Assembly (NCBI GenBank): GCA_047637555.1
Contig: JBLIKX010000001.1
Span: forward strand, 8,294 to 72,293
Origin: Crocinitomicaceae bacterium
GTDB lineage: Bacteria > Patescibacteriota > Minisyncoccia > Phycocordibacterales > UBA1006
DNA length: 64,000 bases
Direction: 5' to 3'
Translations under genes and position numbers: made by a program
Notes under the pieces: model-generated
Databases searched by the model: none
The model's input: only the letters and a program-made list of their open reading frames with translations
What the model was told of the DNA's origin: nothing
Shown: positions 1-10,270 of the stretch, piece by piece
Position numbering within the stretch: the stretch's first letter is position 1
How the letters are laid out: each line of letters opens with the position of its first letter

Positions 1-72
1 AGATAATACATAATTTAGGGTCATGGAGACATGACTTAGTATAAGTATACCGTATTTTGTTATACTGGATCT

Positions 73-507
73 ATGATTAAGGATTTACTCGAAAAGAAAA
101 AGAAGATAATACTATTTGATGGTGAATGTAATTTGTGCGATTGGTCAGTTAAAGTTCTCCTAAAGAATGATCCAAAAGATATTTTTCACTTTGCTTCATT
201 ACAATCTGAGTTGGGAAAAAAAATTCAAGAACAATATGGAATTGATTCTTCAAAATTACATTCGATTATTTTGATTGATGATTATACAAATCACAAAACA
301 AAAACCTCTGCTATTTTCTCTATAACAGGTTCAATGGGAGCTGCATGGTCATTATTTAATATTTTTTGGATTGTTCCAAAATTTATTCGTGATGCTGTAT
401 ATATGTTTATTGCAAAAAACCGATATACATGGTTCGGGAAGCAAAATACCTGCATGATAATAACTGATGATATACGTCATAAATTTTTAGATCAGCATGA
501 GTACTAA
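73..507 (+). CDS. DCC-family thiol-disulfide oxidoreductase (DUF393-like)
   Basis: N-terminal 'ILFDGECNLCD' CxxC motif and overall length match DUF393/DCC1-like proteins. Confidence 0.55.
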   Translation: MIKDLLEKKKKIILFDGECNLCDWSVKVLLKNDPKDIFHFASLQSELGKKIQEQYGIDSSKLHSIILIDDYTNHKTKTSAIFSITGSMGAAWSLFNIFWIVPKFIRDAVYMFIAKNRYTWFGKQNTCMIITDDIRHKFLDQHEY

Positions 508-919
508 AACATTACCAATGGACCTCGGTGGTAATAATCAACCAAAGGAAGAATTTCAAAATTATGAAAAAATTATTAATGATCGTAGATCTGTTTATTC
601 AGTAAGTATTATTAAAGTTCATGACAAAAAGGGTATTAAGGCTTTTCTTAAAAGAACAAAAAAGATAAAAAACCATGACAAAGCAACACATCATTCTTGG
701 GCCGTACGTATTTCTAATAATGGTGTTATTTATGAATCTAAAAATGATGGAGGTGAGACAGGAGCAGGACAGGTAATCCTACGAATCCTCCAGAAGAAAC
801 ATATGATAGACACAATTGTTTGTGTGACGCGTTGGTATGGAGGTATTAAACTAGAAGCTGACAGGTTCAGGCACGTTCAGGACGCAACCTTCTATGCTTT
901 AAATCAAGTAATACGTTAA
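497..919 (+). CDS. yigZ: IMPACT/YigZ family protein (UPF0029)
   Basis: 'NDGGETGAGQVIL' matches the D-G-E-x-x-G-x-A-G IMPACT signature. Start overlaps the upstream stop. Confidence 0.55.
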   Translation: MSTKTLPMDLGGNNQPKEEFQNYEKIINDRRSVYSVSIIKVHDKKGIKAFLKRTKKIKNHDKATHHSWAVRISNNGVIYESKNDGGETGAGQVILRILQKKHMIDTIVCVTRWYGGIKLEADRFRHVQDATFYALNQVIR

Positions 920-972
920 CCACAAAGACCATCTCTACTCTTTGTGGTATGGTTTTGGTATAATAAAATTAT

Positions 973-1437
973 ATGAATACTATTATTCACTTGGCGGCAG
1001 ATCATGCGGGTTTTGAAATGAAAGAATTTCTTAAATCAGCTCTAGAAGAACTTGGCTATGATATAAAAGATCATGGGACTTTTTCATATGATCCTGATGA
1101 TGATTTTACTGATTTTATCCCTTTGGCCTCCAATGCTGTATCTCAAAACCCAGAAGATCGTGCCATTATATTTGGGGGTTCAGGAGAGGGCGAAGCCATG
1201 ATGGCAAATAGATTTCCACACGTAAGAGCTACGGCTTATTATCATTTTGACCCTGAGATAATCAAAGTTTCGCGTGAACATAATAATGCAAATATTTTAT
1301 CTATTGGAGCTCGATTTCTTTCAAACGAAGAGGTCTTAGAGTCAGTGTTATTTTGGTTAGAGATACCATTTCCAAATGAAGACAAATATGCCAGAAGAAT
1401 TGAAAACATGGAACTTTCTTCATTTAATGAAGAATAG
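973..1437 (+). CDS. rpiB: ribose-5-phosphate isomerase B
   Basis: 'IHLAADHAGFEMKEFL' N-terminus and 'GGSGEGEAMMANR' core are typical of RpiB/LacAB. Confidence 0.8.
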   Translation: MNTIIHLAADHAGFEMKEFLKSALEELGYDIKDHGTFSYDPDDDFTDFIPLASNAVSQNPEDRAIIFGGSGEGEAMMANRFPHVRATAYYHFDPEIIKVSREHNNANILSIGARFLSNEEVLESVLFWLEIPFPNEDKYARRIENMELSSFNEE

Positions 1438-1450
1438 TATTGTATAAGAC

Positions 1451-1945
1451 ATGACATACATTCGAATCTATAAAAGTTTTCAAAAATTTATTGATAAAGA
1501 TGAACATTTTTCTGAAGATCAACAGCAGGAAATATTAAAAAGTTTTGAAGACCCTCGACACAAAAAAATATTTAGACTGAGTGTTATTTTGCTTGTTTGG
1601 AGTACTATTGCAATAACTATTGATTCAACATTTATAGGAGGCGGAGTTATCGCAAGCATTATCAATGGGGCTAATTGGAGATTTTTTATACCTACTGCGA
1701 TTTTTTCTATTGTTAACTTTATTATAAAATTTATTTTTGTGAAGTTCTATTTAAGAGATAGTATTACGAATACTCAGGCTGCCTATTGCGGAATCCCGTA
1801 TGCTGGATCAGCACTTATTCTTGGATTCTTACTACGAGTTGATCCTCTTTTCTTGAAAGGTATTAAACATTATAGGGCTTATATGCTTAAACGTGGATTT
1901 AAATATATCTGTGTAAAATTTAATATAAAACAAAAAGCCTCTTAG
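1451..1945 (+). CDS. hypothetical multi-pass membrane protein
   Basis: Several hydrophobic segments; no recognisable motif. Confidence 0.4.
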   Translation: MTYIRIYKSFQKFIDKDEHFSEDQQQEILKSFEDPRHKKIFRLSVILLVWSTIAITIDSTFIGGGVIASIINGANWRFFIPTAIFSIVNFIIKFIFVKFYLRDSITNTQAAYCGIPYAGSALILGFLLRVDPLFLKGIKHYRAYMLKRGFKYICVKFNIKQKAS

Positions 1946-1957
1946 GCTTTTTGTTTT
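1932..1957. terminator. bidirectional rho-independent terminator
   Basis: AAGCCT-CTT-AGGCTT hairpin flanked by an A-run and a T-run, between convergent genes (1451..1945 + and bcp -). Confidence 0.6.
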
Positions 1958-2406
1958 TCCTTAATAAATTCAAGAACTTCTTTTGGGTGACTTATTGGCT
2001 TTACCTTATTCCAATGTTTTACTACTATTCCTTTTTCATTTATCAAGAATGACTCTCGAGAAATACCCTTGTATTTTTTACCAAACATACTTTTATCTTG
2101 CCAAACCCCATATTCTTGAATCATTGTAGTTTCTGTATCTGAAAGAAGAATAATATCTAGACTGTGTTTGTCGCAAAATTTTTGGTGACTTGCTACGCTA
2201 TCTTTCGAAACACCTAATACAATAGCATTGGCTTTTTCAAATTCTTTTTTTAATTCTTGAAAACCTAATGTTTCAGTGGTGCATCCTGGAGTCATATCTT
2301 TTGGGTAAAAATATATAATAATATTTTTACCAATAAATTCTTCTAAAGTTCTAAATTTTCCTGTTTGGTCAGGTAGTGAAAAGTGTGGTGCTTTTTGTTG
2401 TTCCAT
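1942..2406 (-). CDS. bcp: thiol peroxidase, Bcp-type peroxiredoxin
   Basis: 'FYPKDMTPGCTTE' peroxidatic-Cys motif. Confidence 0.85.
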   Translation of the reverse strand: MEQQKAPHFSLPDQTGKFRTLEEFIGKNIIIYFYPKDMTPGCTTETLGFQELKKEFEKANAIVLGVSKDSVASHQKFCDKHSLDIILLSDTETTMIQEYGVWQDKSMFGKKYKGISRESFLINEKGIVVKHWNKVKPISHPKEVLEFIKEKQKA

Positions 2407-2422
2407 ATGTCTTTAGTATAAC

Positions 2423-3145
2423 ATGTATGGGTTTCTAGGTTATAATAAGCCTATGAATCCATATATTATCCCAGCAATAATGCCGCAACGTTTTGAAGAT
2501 ATTGAAGAATCAGCTGGACTTGTTAAAAATCACGTAACTACTATTCAATTAGATCTCATGGATGGTAAATACGTATCTGAAAAAACTTGGCCGTTTTTCT
2601 ACACTACTGACTATGATGTTACAGCCTTAAAAGCTCAAGACAGCTCTCTTCCATATTGGGAGGATGTAAATTATGAGCTTGATCTCATGGCTGAACGACC
2701 CGAAGAAAATCTCGATACTTGGTTAGGGCTTGGTGCTTCTCGTGTTATATTCCATTATAAATCAATACATGATTGGGATAAGATACGTGCTATTGATCCT
2801 GTTATTCGTGATTTCACACAGATTGGTTGCGCTGTAACGATTCATGATAATTTAGATGACGTAGAAAACTTAATAAGTGAAAATATTTTTGATTTTGTGC
2901 AAGTCATGGGTATCTCTCGCGTTGGATATATGGGGGAACCATTTGAAGAAGAGTCATTAACTCTTATTGAAAAGCTTCATAAAAAATATCCAGAACTGAC
3001 CATTACCGTTGATGGTGGAGTATCTCGAGAAACCATCTCTGACTTATATGATGCAGGAGCAATTCGTTTTGTCTCTGGCTCGAGTGTTTTTGGGGGAGGA
3101 ATGGCAAGCGAGAACGTTGAGGATCTTACTGATTTTATAGCCTAA
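2423..3145 (+). CDS. ribulose-phosphate 3-epimerase-like TIM-barrel protein
   Basis: 'LDLMDGKYV' (compare H-x-D-V-M-DG-x-FV), 'VDGGVS...GSSVFG' C-terminal phosphate-binding motif. Confidence 0.6.
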   Translation: MYGFLGYNKPMNPYIIPAIMPQRFEDIEESAGLVKNHVTTIQLDLMDGKYVSEKTWPFFYTTDYDVTALKAQDSSLPYWEDVNYELDLMAERPEENLDTWLGLGASRVIFHYKSIHDWDKIRAIDPVIRDFTQIGCAVTIHDNLDDVENLISENIFDFVQVMGISRVGYMGEPFEEESLTLIEKLHKKYPELTITVDGGVSRETISDLYDAGAIRFVSGSSVFGGGMASENVEDLTDFIA

Positions 3146-3202
3146 TTTTTATAGCTATTTTTATTGGAAATGATAATCTAATGTTAAACTAAAAAATTAA
3201 TT

Positions 3203-3433
3203 TTGAAAAAAACAAAAGACAGTTTGTTAATTATTGGAATTAATATCCTCACAACGCTTATCACTATATCGTTAACGCTATATAACGTAAATTGGAATCT
3301 CATTGATTCGTTTTGGTTGTTTATTCATGGTATGGTGCAGGGTTTCCTAATAAATTTTCGTACTTTTTCTTTTTTTCTTTTCTTTTCTTATTTATTGCAT
3401 GGATTATTAAAATTCTTATTCTCTATTTTTTAA
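3203..3433 (+). CDS. possible small membrane protein (TTG start)
   Basis: Hydrophobic 76-aa ORF in a T-rich convergent spacer. No RBS, so it could be spurious. Confidence 0.2.
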   Translation: MKKTKDSLLIIGINILTTLITISLTLYNVNWNLIDSFWLFIHGMVQGFLINFRTFSFFLFFSYLLHGLLKFLFSIF

Positions 3434-3547
3434 GTAACGAAGAAAAAAAATTTCTACGTAAAAAACATTCAATCCTAGGGGGAATACCTTTTTTTGGATT
3501 TGGATACGGAATTCATTTAAAAATCAAACAAAATAACATTAAGTCTA

Positions 3548-4672
3548 TTACTTAAAGTAGGTAATAGATTTTTTTATTATAAAAATTATTTTCGATGAAA
3601 AGATTTTTTTAATTTTTTGTAATAAGGATTTTTTAGTGAATATTTTTCTCGCACCTAATGATTTTGAAAATCTTTTTTTACTATTACCCTTTATCTTGTA
3701 ATATATTTCTAATTTTTCTGGAGGCATATTGATGACCTCTTTGCATGAAGTTGAACAAGTCATTTCCATTTTTTGTTTGCAATGCATACACTGAAGAAAT
3801 AAAAGATTACAGGCATAATTGACGCAGTTTACATGCCGATCACATTTATTTTTACATTGATTACAGTGAGATATTATTATATCTCCAATTTTTTCTGGGT
3901 CTCTTTTATCAAATACGTAATTAGAGCCAAGGAATCTATTCTCTAGTCCCTCGCGCTCTACTTGGTGTTTATAATCAATAATGCCACCATGTAATTGATT
4001 AGTATCCTTAAACCCTTTATCTTTTAGATAGGCAGATGCTTTTTCACAACGTATACCCCCAGTGCAATACAGTAATATTTTTTTGTTCTCGCTCCCTGAT
4101 AACTCCGCAGCAACCACAGGTAATCCCTCACGGAAAGTATCTATTTGCGGAGTGATTGCTCCATCAAAATAACCAATTTCAGATTCATAATGATTGCGCA
4201 TATCAACCACAATTGAATTATTATCTTTCATAGCCTTGTTGAATTCTCCCGCAGTGAGATGATTACCCACATTTTCAATATCGTAATTACCCAAGGTCAA
4301 ACCGTCAGCCACAATTTTTTTTCTTATTCTTACTGAGAGGCGATGAAAAGAGGTGTTATGGTGAACTCCGATTTTAAGAGGTACATTGTTAAATTCAGAG
4401 ATAGTATAAAGTTCAGATTTAAATTGATCCCAGTTATGTTCAGGAACCGACATTTGAGCATTGATTCCCTCAGATGCAATATAAATTCTACCAAGACAAT
4501 CTAGTCGTTCCCAGGTGGAGAAAAGTCTCTCGTGCATTTCTCTCGTATTATTGATTACAATATATTTATATAATGAAACAGTGATTCGATTAAATGTTTC
4601 ACTTTTAAGTTTGAGAATTGCTTCTTCTTTGGATAAGCCATAAGGTATTTGTTTTTTACCAATTCGTTGCAT
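3548..4672 (-). CDS. trhO: rhodanese-domain tRNA uridine(34) hydroxylase TrhO (UPF0176/YceA)
   Basis: 'YIASEGINAQ' signature, rhodanese active-site 'CTGGIRCE', Cys-rich C-terminal region, Lys-rich tail. Confidence 0.7.
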   Translation of the reverse strand: MQRIGKKQIPYGLSKEEAILKLKSETFNRITVSLYKYIVINNTREMHERLFSTWERLDCLGRIYIASEGINAQMSVPEHNWDQFKSELYTISEFNNVPLKIGVHHNTSFHRLSVRIRKKIVADGLTLGNYDIENVGNHLTAGEFNKAMKDNNSIVVDMRNHYESEIGYFDGAITPQIDTFREGLPVVAAELSGSENKKILLYCTGGIRCEKASAYLKDKGFKDTNQLHGGIIDYKHQVEREGLENRFLGSNYVFDKRDPEKIGDIIISHCNQCKNKCDRHVNCVNYACNLLFLQCMHCKQKMEMTCSTSCKEVINMPPEKLEIYYKIKGNSKKRFSKSLGARKIFTKKSLLQKIKKIFSSKIIFIIKKSITYFK

Positions 4673-4953
4673 ATATTTATTCTAACCAAAGGTAAAAATT
4701 TTTCAATAAAAAACTGCACCCTTAACAAGGTATGGATCACTCTTATAGACCTCACAAATCATTTCAAGAACTAATACTTGAAACAAAATTCTTAGTATAG
4801 TTTAGGATACCCAGCAATAACTTTTTAGCGTGAACTCTCTCCAGCACAACTTTTTTAGTACAACAGAGACATATTGACCTCAACCGAGGGTCCTGTATTC
4901 AAATATAAACTCTAGAGTGCAATGTTTTTTTTATCACTAGATGTCAATGATCT

Positions 4954-5853
4954 GTGATTGCATACATCAACGTTTTTGTAATCTGCTATAATATAACTAT
5001 GACAGATGAACGAATTAAAGAATTAGAATTAAAAGCAAATGATATTCGCATATCTATTATTGATATGTTAGAAGACGCAGGAAGTGGGCACACGGCTGGT
5101 CCACTAGGGATGGCTGACATGTTTGCAGTATTGTATTTCGAAATCATGCGACATGATCCAGAGAATGTTCATTGGGATGAACGAGACTGGCTCTTTCTCT
5201 CAAATGGACACACTGTTCCTGTACGATATGCAGCAATGGCCCATTCTGGATATTTTCCTCTAGAAGAATTAAAGACGCTACGGAAATTTGGATCAAGGTT
5301 ACAAGGCCACCCAGAACGTCATGCCTTACCGGGAATTGAACATACTGCAGGGCCGTTAGGAACTGGTTTAGGTCAGGCAGCAGGAGTTGCAACTGGACTA
5401 CTATTAGATGGAAAGAAAAATCATGTTTATTGCATTACCGGTGACGGGGAGCTGGATTGCGGAAATATCTGGGAATCAGCTATGTTTGCGGCTCATAATG
5501 GACTATCAAATCTAACGGCTATTGTTGATCGAAATAATATCCAAATTAATGGCGCAACAGAAAACGTCATGAAGTTAGAAGATCTTGCTGATAAATGGAA
5601 GTCATTTGGATGGCATGTAATTGAGATTGATGGGCATAATATCCAACAATTTGTAGACGCGATAAACCAAGCAAAAGCAATTCAAAATAAACCAACCTGT
5701 ATTATTGCTCATACTATTCCAGGAAAAGGAATCAAAGAAATTGAAAACGAGTTTCAATGGCACGGTAAACCACCAACAGCGGAAGAGGAAAAACGTTTCT
5801 TAAAAGAATTGAGGACATTAAGAGGTAAAATTGAGGCGACTCATTCTGAGTAA
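4954..5853 (+). CDS. tkt: transketolase, N-terminal (TPP-binding) subunit
   Basis: 'GSGHTAGPLGMAD' and 'GDGELDCGNIWESAMFAAHNGLSNLTAIVDRNNIQINGAT' transketolase N-terminal motifs. The likely real start is the ATG at 4999 (MTDERIKEL). Confidence 0.85.
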   Translation: MIAYINVFVICYNITMTDERIKELELKANDIRISIIDMLEDAGSGHTAGPLGMADMFAVLYFEIMRHDPENVHWDERDWLFLSNGHTVPVRYAAMAHSGYFPLEELKTLRKFGSRLQGHPERHALPGIEHTAGPLGTGLGQAAGVATGLLLDGKKNHVYCITGDGELDCGNIWESAMFAAHNGLSNLTAIVDRNNIQINGATENVMKLEDLADKWKSFGWHVIEIDGHNIQQFVDAINQAKAIQNKPTCIIAHTIPGKGIKEIENEFQWHGKPPTAEEEKRFLKELRTLRGKIEATHSE

Positions 5854-5855
5854 TT

Positions 5856-6332
5856 ATGGAAAACTACAAACCTAACTCGAGTAATTATAATGAATCTCCC
5901 TTAGAAGTTAACAATAGAAAATTCACTCTTGAACATGAAGTAGCTTCCAATCAACATTTAATTGAAAACAAGTCTGATGTGTTAAAAACATTAAATAATA
6001 AAATATCTAATTTACGAATGGCACTTGTTGGTGCACGAGAGCGAGAGTTTGAAAAAAAATCTAAATTAAAAAATATTAAAGAAATTGAAAAGGCAATAAT
6101 TGAGCTCAGAATAGATAAGGCCGAAGCGAAATTAAAGAATCTAGAATTTGATGAAGTATTAATTTCCCAATTACAAGCTGAAAAGCTAACCGATGAACAG
6201 CTACTTCATACAGATCAGATGATTTTAGAAAACACGCCTGAAGATATAATTGAATTAGATAAAGAAAGATCACTCCTTGAAGAAAGTATAATAGCTACTA
6301 AATTAATTGAATCAAAGTATCAACAAAACTAA
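5856..6332 (+). CDS. hypothetical coiled-coil protein inserted between the transketolase halves
   Basis: Charged, heptad-rich 158-aa ORF. It starts 3 nt after the tkt-N stop and overlaps the tkt-C start. Confidence 0.45.
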   Translation: MENYKPNSSNYNESPLEVNNRKFTLEHEVASNQHLIENKSDVLKTLNNKISNLRMALVGAREREFEKKSKLKNIKEIEKAIIELRIDKAEAKLKNLEFDEVLISQLQAEKLTDEQLLHTDQMILENTPEDIIELDKERSLLEESIIATKLIESKYQQN

Positions 6333-6333
6333 T

Positions 6334-7320
6334 ATGATTAACACAGAATTAAAATTACATACTGATGTATTTAATACAGAGGAATTACCACATGCAGCAA
6401 CACGTGATGGTTTTGGGAAAGGTCTTGTCGAAGCAGGGGAGAGGGATGATCGAGTAATGGCATTATGCGCAGATCTCGCTGAGTCTACTCGAGCACATTG
6501 GTTCAAAGAAAAGTTTCCAGAGCGGTATGTCGAGGTAGGTGTAGCAGAGCAAAATCTAATGGCAGTTGCATCAGGACTAGCTAATTATGGAAAAATTCCT
6601 TTTGCTATGTCTTATGCTGCATTCTCTCCAGGTAGAAATTGGGAACAAATTAGGTCAACCGTTGCATTGAATGATGTACCAGTAAACATTGTAGGAGCTC
6701 ATGCTGGAGTGTCTGTTGGTCCAGATGGAGCAACACATCAGGCACTAGAGGATATTGCCACTATGCGCGTATTACCAAATATGATTGTTATAGTTCCATC
6801 CGATAGTGAAGAGGCACGAAAGGCAACACTAGCTATAGCTGCAAATAACAAACCTTCATATATTCGTTTGGCACGAGCAAAAACACCTGTTTATACGACA
6901 ACTGAAACATCTTTTGAAGTTGGAGTACCGCAGGTCGTATATCAATCTCGAAATCCAAAAATAGGAATAATTGCCTGTGGTTCATTGGTATATCAATCAA
7001 TACTTGCAGCAGAAGAGTTGAAAAAGGAAGGAATCGAAGTTTCTGTTATGAATCTCTCTACTATCAAACCTATGAATGAAAAAATGGTGACTGATTTCGC
7101 TAAAAATGTTGATCATATCGTAACCGCTGAAGAACACCAAATACATGGAGGAATGGGGTCTGCTGTTGCAGAAGTTTTGTCTCAGTATCACCCGACAAAG
7201 ATGTCGTTTATTGGTATGCACGATCGTTATGGTGAGTCAGGGACTCCTGACGAATTATTAGAGAATTTTGGATTTACTAAATCTGGAATCATTAATCACA
7301 TCAAGGAACAATTAACGTAA
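6334..7320 (+). CDS. tkt: transketolase, C-terminal (pyrimidine-binding plus C-terminal domain) subunit
   Basis: 'GVAEQNLMAVASGLA...GKIPF...SYAAF' and 'GPDGATHQALEDIA' motifs. The track ORF begins at 6307; the ATG at 6334 (MINTELKL) is the likely start. Confidence 0.85.
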   Translation: MINTELKLHTDVFNTEELPHAATRDGFGKGLVEAGERDDRVMALCADLAESTRAHWFKEKFPERYVEVGVAEQNLMAVASGLANYGKIPFAMSYAAFSPGRNWEQIRSTVALNDVPVNIVGAHAGVSVGPDGATHQALEDIATMRVLPNMIVIVPSDSEEARKATLAIAANNKPSYIRLARAKTPVYTTTETSFEVGVPQVVYQSRNPKIGIIACGSLVYQSILAAEELKKEGIEVSVMNLSTIKPMNEKMVTDFAKNVDHIVTAEEHQIHGGMGSAVAEVLSQYHPTKMSFIGMHDRYGESGTPDELLENFGFTKSGIINHIKEQLT

Positions 7321-7378
7321 TTAAAAATAGATCATAAGATTTGTTTTTAATTTATTATTTTGAGTGTAAAATAATAAT

Positions 7379-7549
7379 ATGATAAAAAATAGTGCGTATC
7401 TTTTTATATTTCTCCTTTTTTGTATGATGGCTTTTATGTGGTTTACTATTGATCAAAAAGATGTTCCCGAAAAAAGTCCTCAATTTAACGAAGAACGTGA
7501 TCAAACAGAAATAGTAGAAAATATTTTTAAAGAGGAGCTAGGAACATAA
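7379..7549 (+). CDS. possible 56-aa small membrane protein
   Basis: ATG-initiated ORF with one TM-like segment in an intergenic gap, below the track's length cut-off. Confidence 0.25.
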   Translation: MIKNSAYLFIFLLFCMMAFMWFTIDQKDVPEKSPQFNEERDQTEIVENIFKEELGT

Positions 7550-7565
7550 AATCCATCAGAATTTA

Positions 7566-7907
7566 TCATTCTGATGGATTATTTTCTTTTGAAATCATTT
7601 TAAGTTTCTCTAAATTCACTGGAGATATTATTTGAAGAGTCGCTTCAATGTTTGAACTTGCTTTAGACTTTTGTTCTTCAAGAGATAATTTCTTCTGATT
7701 GTTTTCATTAGTTTCAGGAAGCTCTCGGAGTTGCTTCTCAAGATCATTTATTGTTTCAGACAAATTTAAAATAAGATCTATATGGATGCTTTCACGGTTG
7801 TTATATTTTTCCTCCATATTAGAAGCATGTTCATTAGCAAATGCTTCTTTTTCATCGTTACTGAGGTGGTTATTTTTTGGCGTTTCAAGGTTAGGTTCGA
7901 AGTTCAT
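7566..7907 (-). CDS. hypothetical acidic coiled-coil protein
   Basis: Only an ORF with charged, repetitive composition. Confidence 0.35.
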   Translation of the reverse strand: MNFEPNLETPKNNHLSNDEKEAFANEHASNMEEKYNNRESIHIDLILNLSETINDLEKQLRELPETNENNQKKLSLEEQKSKASSNIEATLQIISPVNLEKLKMISKENNPSE

Positions 7908-8162
7908 ATTTTTATTATACCAAATAAATGTTTAAAATCTAGAATCTATCCAGCATGTCTTAAATTAATATGTTCTAACTATTGTTTTAATTTTTAATAC
8001 TATTATATATATTCTTAGATTTCCATAGCGCTCCTTCTTTTTGTAAGTATTCTTTTTTTAAGATATTCTATTTTTGCTAAATTATTTCAACAGTGTCTAT
8101 GAAGTGACTATCTTTACTTATTTTTAAATTATTAAATAAACTTTCCATGTTATTTTTATATC

Positions 8163-8191
8163 AAAAAATACCAGAAATTCTGGTATTTTTT
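8163..8191. terminator. rho-independent terminator after the PfkB kinase gene
   Basis: AAAAAATACCAGAA/TTCTGGTATTTTTT palindrome immediately 3' of the minus-strand gene ending at 8202. Confidence 0.6.
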
Positions 8192-8201
8192 AAGTGATAT
8201 T

Positions 8202-9206
8202 CTAGATTTTTTCTGGTTTATAATCTTCTGGTGCATTAGCAAGATATTCTTCAAGTTGCTCTTGTGTGAGTAATCCTTCTTGAGCTCCAATATATTGAAC
8301 AACGTTCATAGAGTTAATTGGCGCCCATGATAATGCTTCAGCAACTGTTTTTCCATGTCCCAGAGCAATAGTAAATGCTGATGAAAATGAATCCCCAGCA
8401 CCTGTTCGTTCTACTGGTGGTTTTGGGTCTGGGTAAATTCGATGGAACCAATACTCATCATTATATGAATCGTAGGCATAGGCTCCATCAGGTCCATCAG
8501 TAATACATACAATTTTTGGACCAAGTTCATGCATTTGTTTCATAAGATTTTTTATATCATCTGAGTCTATTTTAAGAATCTTTTGAGCTTCTTCTACGTT
8601 ACAGAAAAACACCTCAGTCGCTGAGTAAATATCTGAAAGTTTTTCTTTACCGAGAGAAATTTGGAATGTTCCTGGTTGAAACGCCATTTTGATATTATTT
8701 TCTTTTATCCAAGTTGCAATATCTGCGTGATATTGCATCGAATCTTCTCCAACAGAAGAGAAATAGACCCACTTAGGAATGAGATCTTCTGTTTGCTTGG
8801 CAAGATCGTAGTTATAGTTCTCATGTTTAATAAGAATTGTTCGCTCTGCTTGAAAAGATAGAACATAATGATAATTAGTATTTTTACCATCTTCTACTGT
8901 TACATAATCAGTGATTACTCCATTTTCTTTTAGCGCTTCAATACATTCTTTACCGAATTGATCATTTCCTACATGTGTCATTGTCGTTGAGGTCAAACCT
9001 AATCGTGCCGCAGATACTGCTGCGTTTGGACCATTACCAACTGCCTTCACTACCTTTACGCTGTCATACGGAATTTTGTCCCCAAATCGCATTTCAAGCA
9101 TCTCAGTTCCGTTATGTTCCTCTACCTCAGCATCTTGTAATTTAATAAATGCATCAATTACGATGTCACCGATTGCTAAGAAATCGATATTTTTTTCTTT
9201 ATTCAT
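8202..9206 (-). CDS. PfkB-family carbohydrate kinase (ribokinase/fructokinase-like)
   Basis: N-terminal 'LAIGDIVIDAF' and C-terminal 'GAGDSFSSAF' PfkB signatures. Confidence 0.75.
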   Translation of the reverse strand: MNKEKNIDFLAIGDIVIDAFIKLQDAEVEEHNGTEMLEMRFGDKIPYDSVKVVKAVGNGPNAAVSAARLGLTSTTMTHVGNDQFGKECIEALKENGVITDYVTVEDGKNTNYHYVLSFQAERTILIKHENYNYDLAKQTEDLIPKWVYFSSVGEDSMQYHADIATWIKENNIKMAFQPGTFQISLGKEKLSDIYSATEVFFCNVEEAQKILKIDSDDIKNLMKQMHELGPKIVCITDGPDGAYAYDSYNDEYWFHRIYPDPKPPVERTGAGDSFSSAFTIALGHGKTVAEALSWAPINSMNVVQYIGAQEGLLTQEQLEEYLANAPEDYKPEKI

Positions 9207-9253
9207 GATCAGATTATATCATATCTTTATCTGCGTGATATAATAACTCTTAT

Positions 9254-10135
9254 ATGAAAACATTAAAAGAATATTTATACGATGCTCAAAAGAACAACAG
9301 AGCTATTGCCCATTTTAACGTTGCAAATTCAGATATGCTGATGTCTATCTTTGCTGCTGCACAAAAAGTATCTCAAGATACAGATGAGAAGATCCCTGTA
9401 GTAATTGGGGTTTCAGAAGGAGAGCGTGATTCATTTGGAGTGACGCAAATTGTTGACTATGTAACGAGCTTACGTAACGAACATGATTATCCAATTTTTT
9501 TAAATGCTGATCACACATATTCTGTAGAACGAACCTGTGAAGCTATTGACGCTGGTTTTGATATGGTTATTTATGATGGGGCGAAAATTTCTCATCAAGA
9601 AAACCTTGAAAATACGAAAGCAGTCGTTGCTTATCGTAATAAGGTAAATCCTGAATGTTTAGTAGAGGCTGAGTTTGGTTTTATTGGTGGGGGTTCAAAT
9701 ATTAAAGATGAAATTCCAGAAGGTGTTTCAGAAGCGACCATGACAAAACCAGAAGAAGCAAAAGATTTTGTTGATGCTTCGGGGGTAGAGGTACTAGCTC
9801 CTTCAGTAGGAAACTTACACGGAATGGTAAAATCTGGTAATCCTGCATTAAATGCTGAACGTGTATCTGCCATCTGGGAAGCAACAAAAACTCCTCTTGT
9901 ATTGCACGGAGGTTCAGGGTCAAGTGATGAAGATTTTATAAAAGTTATAAACGCAGGAATTTCACTGATCCACATTAGTACTGAACTACGAATTGCATAT
10001 CGAAAAGGTATAGAAGAAGCATTTGCTTCTGATGCAGAAGTTCTGGCTCCATATAAATATTTCAAACAAGCACAAACAAATGTTATGTTGATAGCTGAAG
10101 AACGAATACGTTTGTTTTGGGGTTTAATAGTATAG
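9254..10135 (+). CDS. fba: class II fructose/tagatose-bisphosphate aldolase
   Basis: 'AIAHFNV', 'FLNADHTYS', 'LHGGSGS' class II aldolase motifs. Confidence 0.75.
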   Translation: MKTLKEYLYDAQKNNRAIAHFNVANSDMLMSIFAAAQKVSQDTDEKIPVVIGVSEGERDSFGVTQIVDYVTSLRNEHDYPIFLNADHTYSVERTCEAIDAGFDMVIYDGAKISHQENLENTKAVVAYRNKVNPECLVEAEFGFIGGGSNIKDEIPEGVSEATMTKPEEAKDFVDASGVEVLAPSVGNLHGMVKSGNPALNAERVSAIWEATKTPLVLHGGSGSSDEDFIKVINAGISLIHISTELRIAYRKGIEEAFASDAEVLAPYKYFKQAQTNVMLIAEERIRLFWGLIV

Positions 10136-10270
10136 TTTGACAAAATGTTATTACGTTACATAACTGTGGATAACTCGTTGACCATATGATTGCTTGCTTG
10201 TAAGGTATTGGAAGTTCTCATTTGAGAGCTTTTTTAGTTACGGAGTTTCGCGGAGCACATATCGCATTTT

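Noticed and set aside
3313-3555. 80-aa hydrophobic ORF, and other sub-100-aa ORFs in T-rich spacers (8661..8861, 12361..12549, 38071..38308, 39041..39274).
   Set aside because: They are low-complexity poly-Phe/Leu translations of T-rich DNA, or they overlap stronger genes.
9631-10143. 170-aa minus-strand ORF.
   Set aside because: It is entirely antisense within the well-supported fba gene. Its composition (Ser/Ala/Pro-rich) is typical of a reverse-frame artefact.
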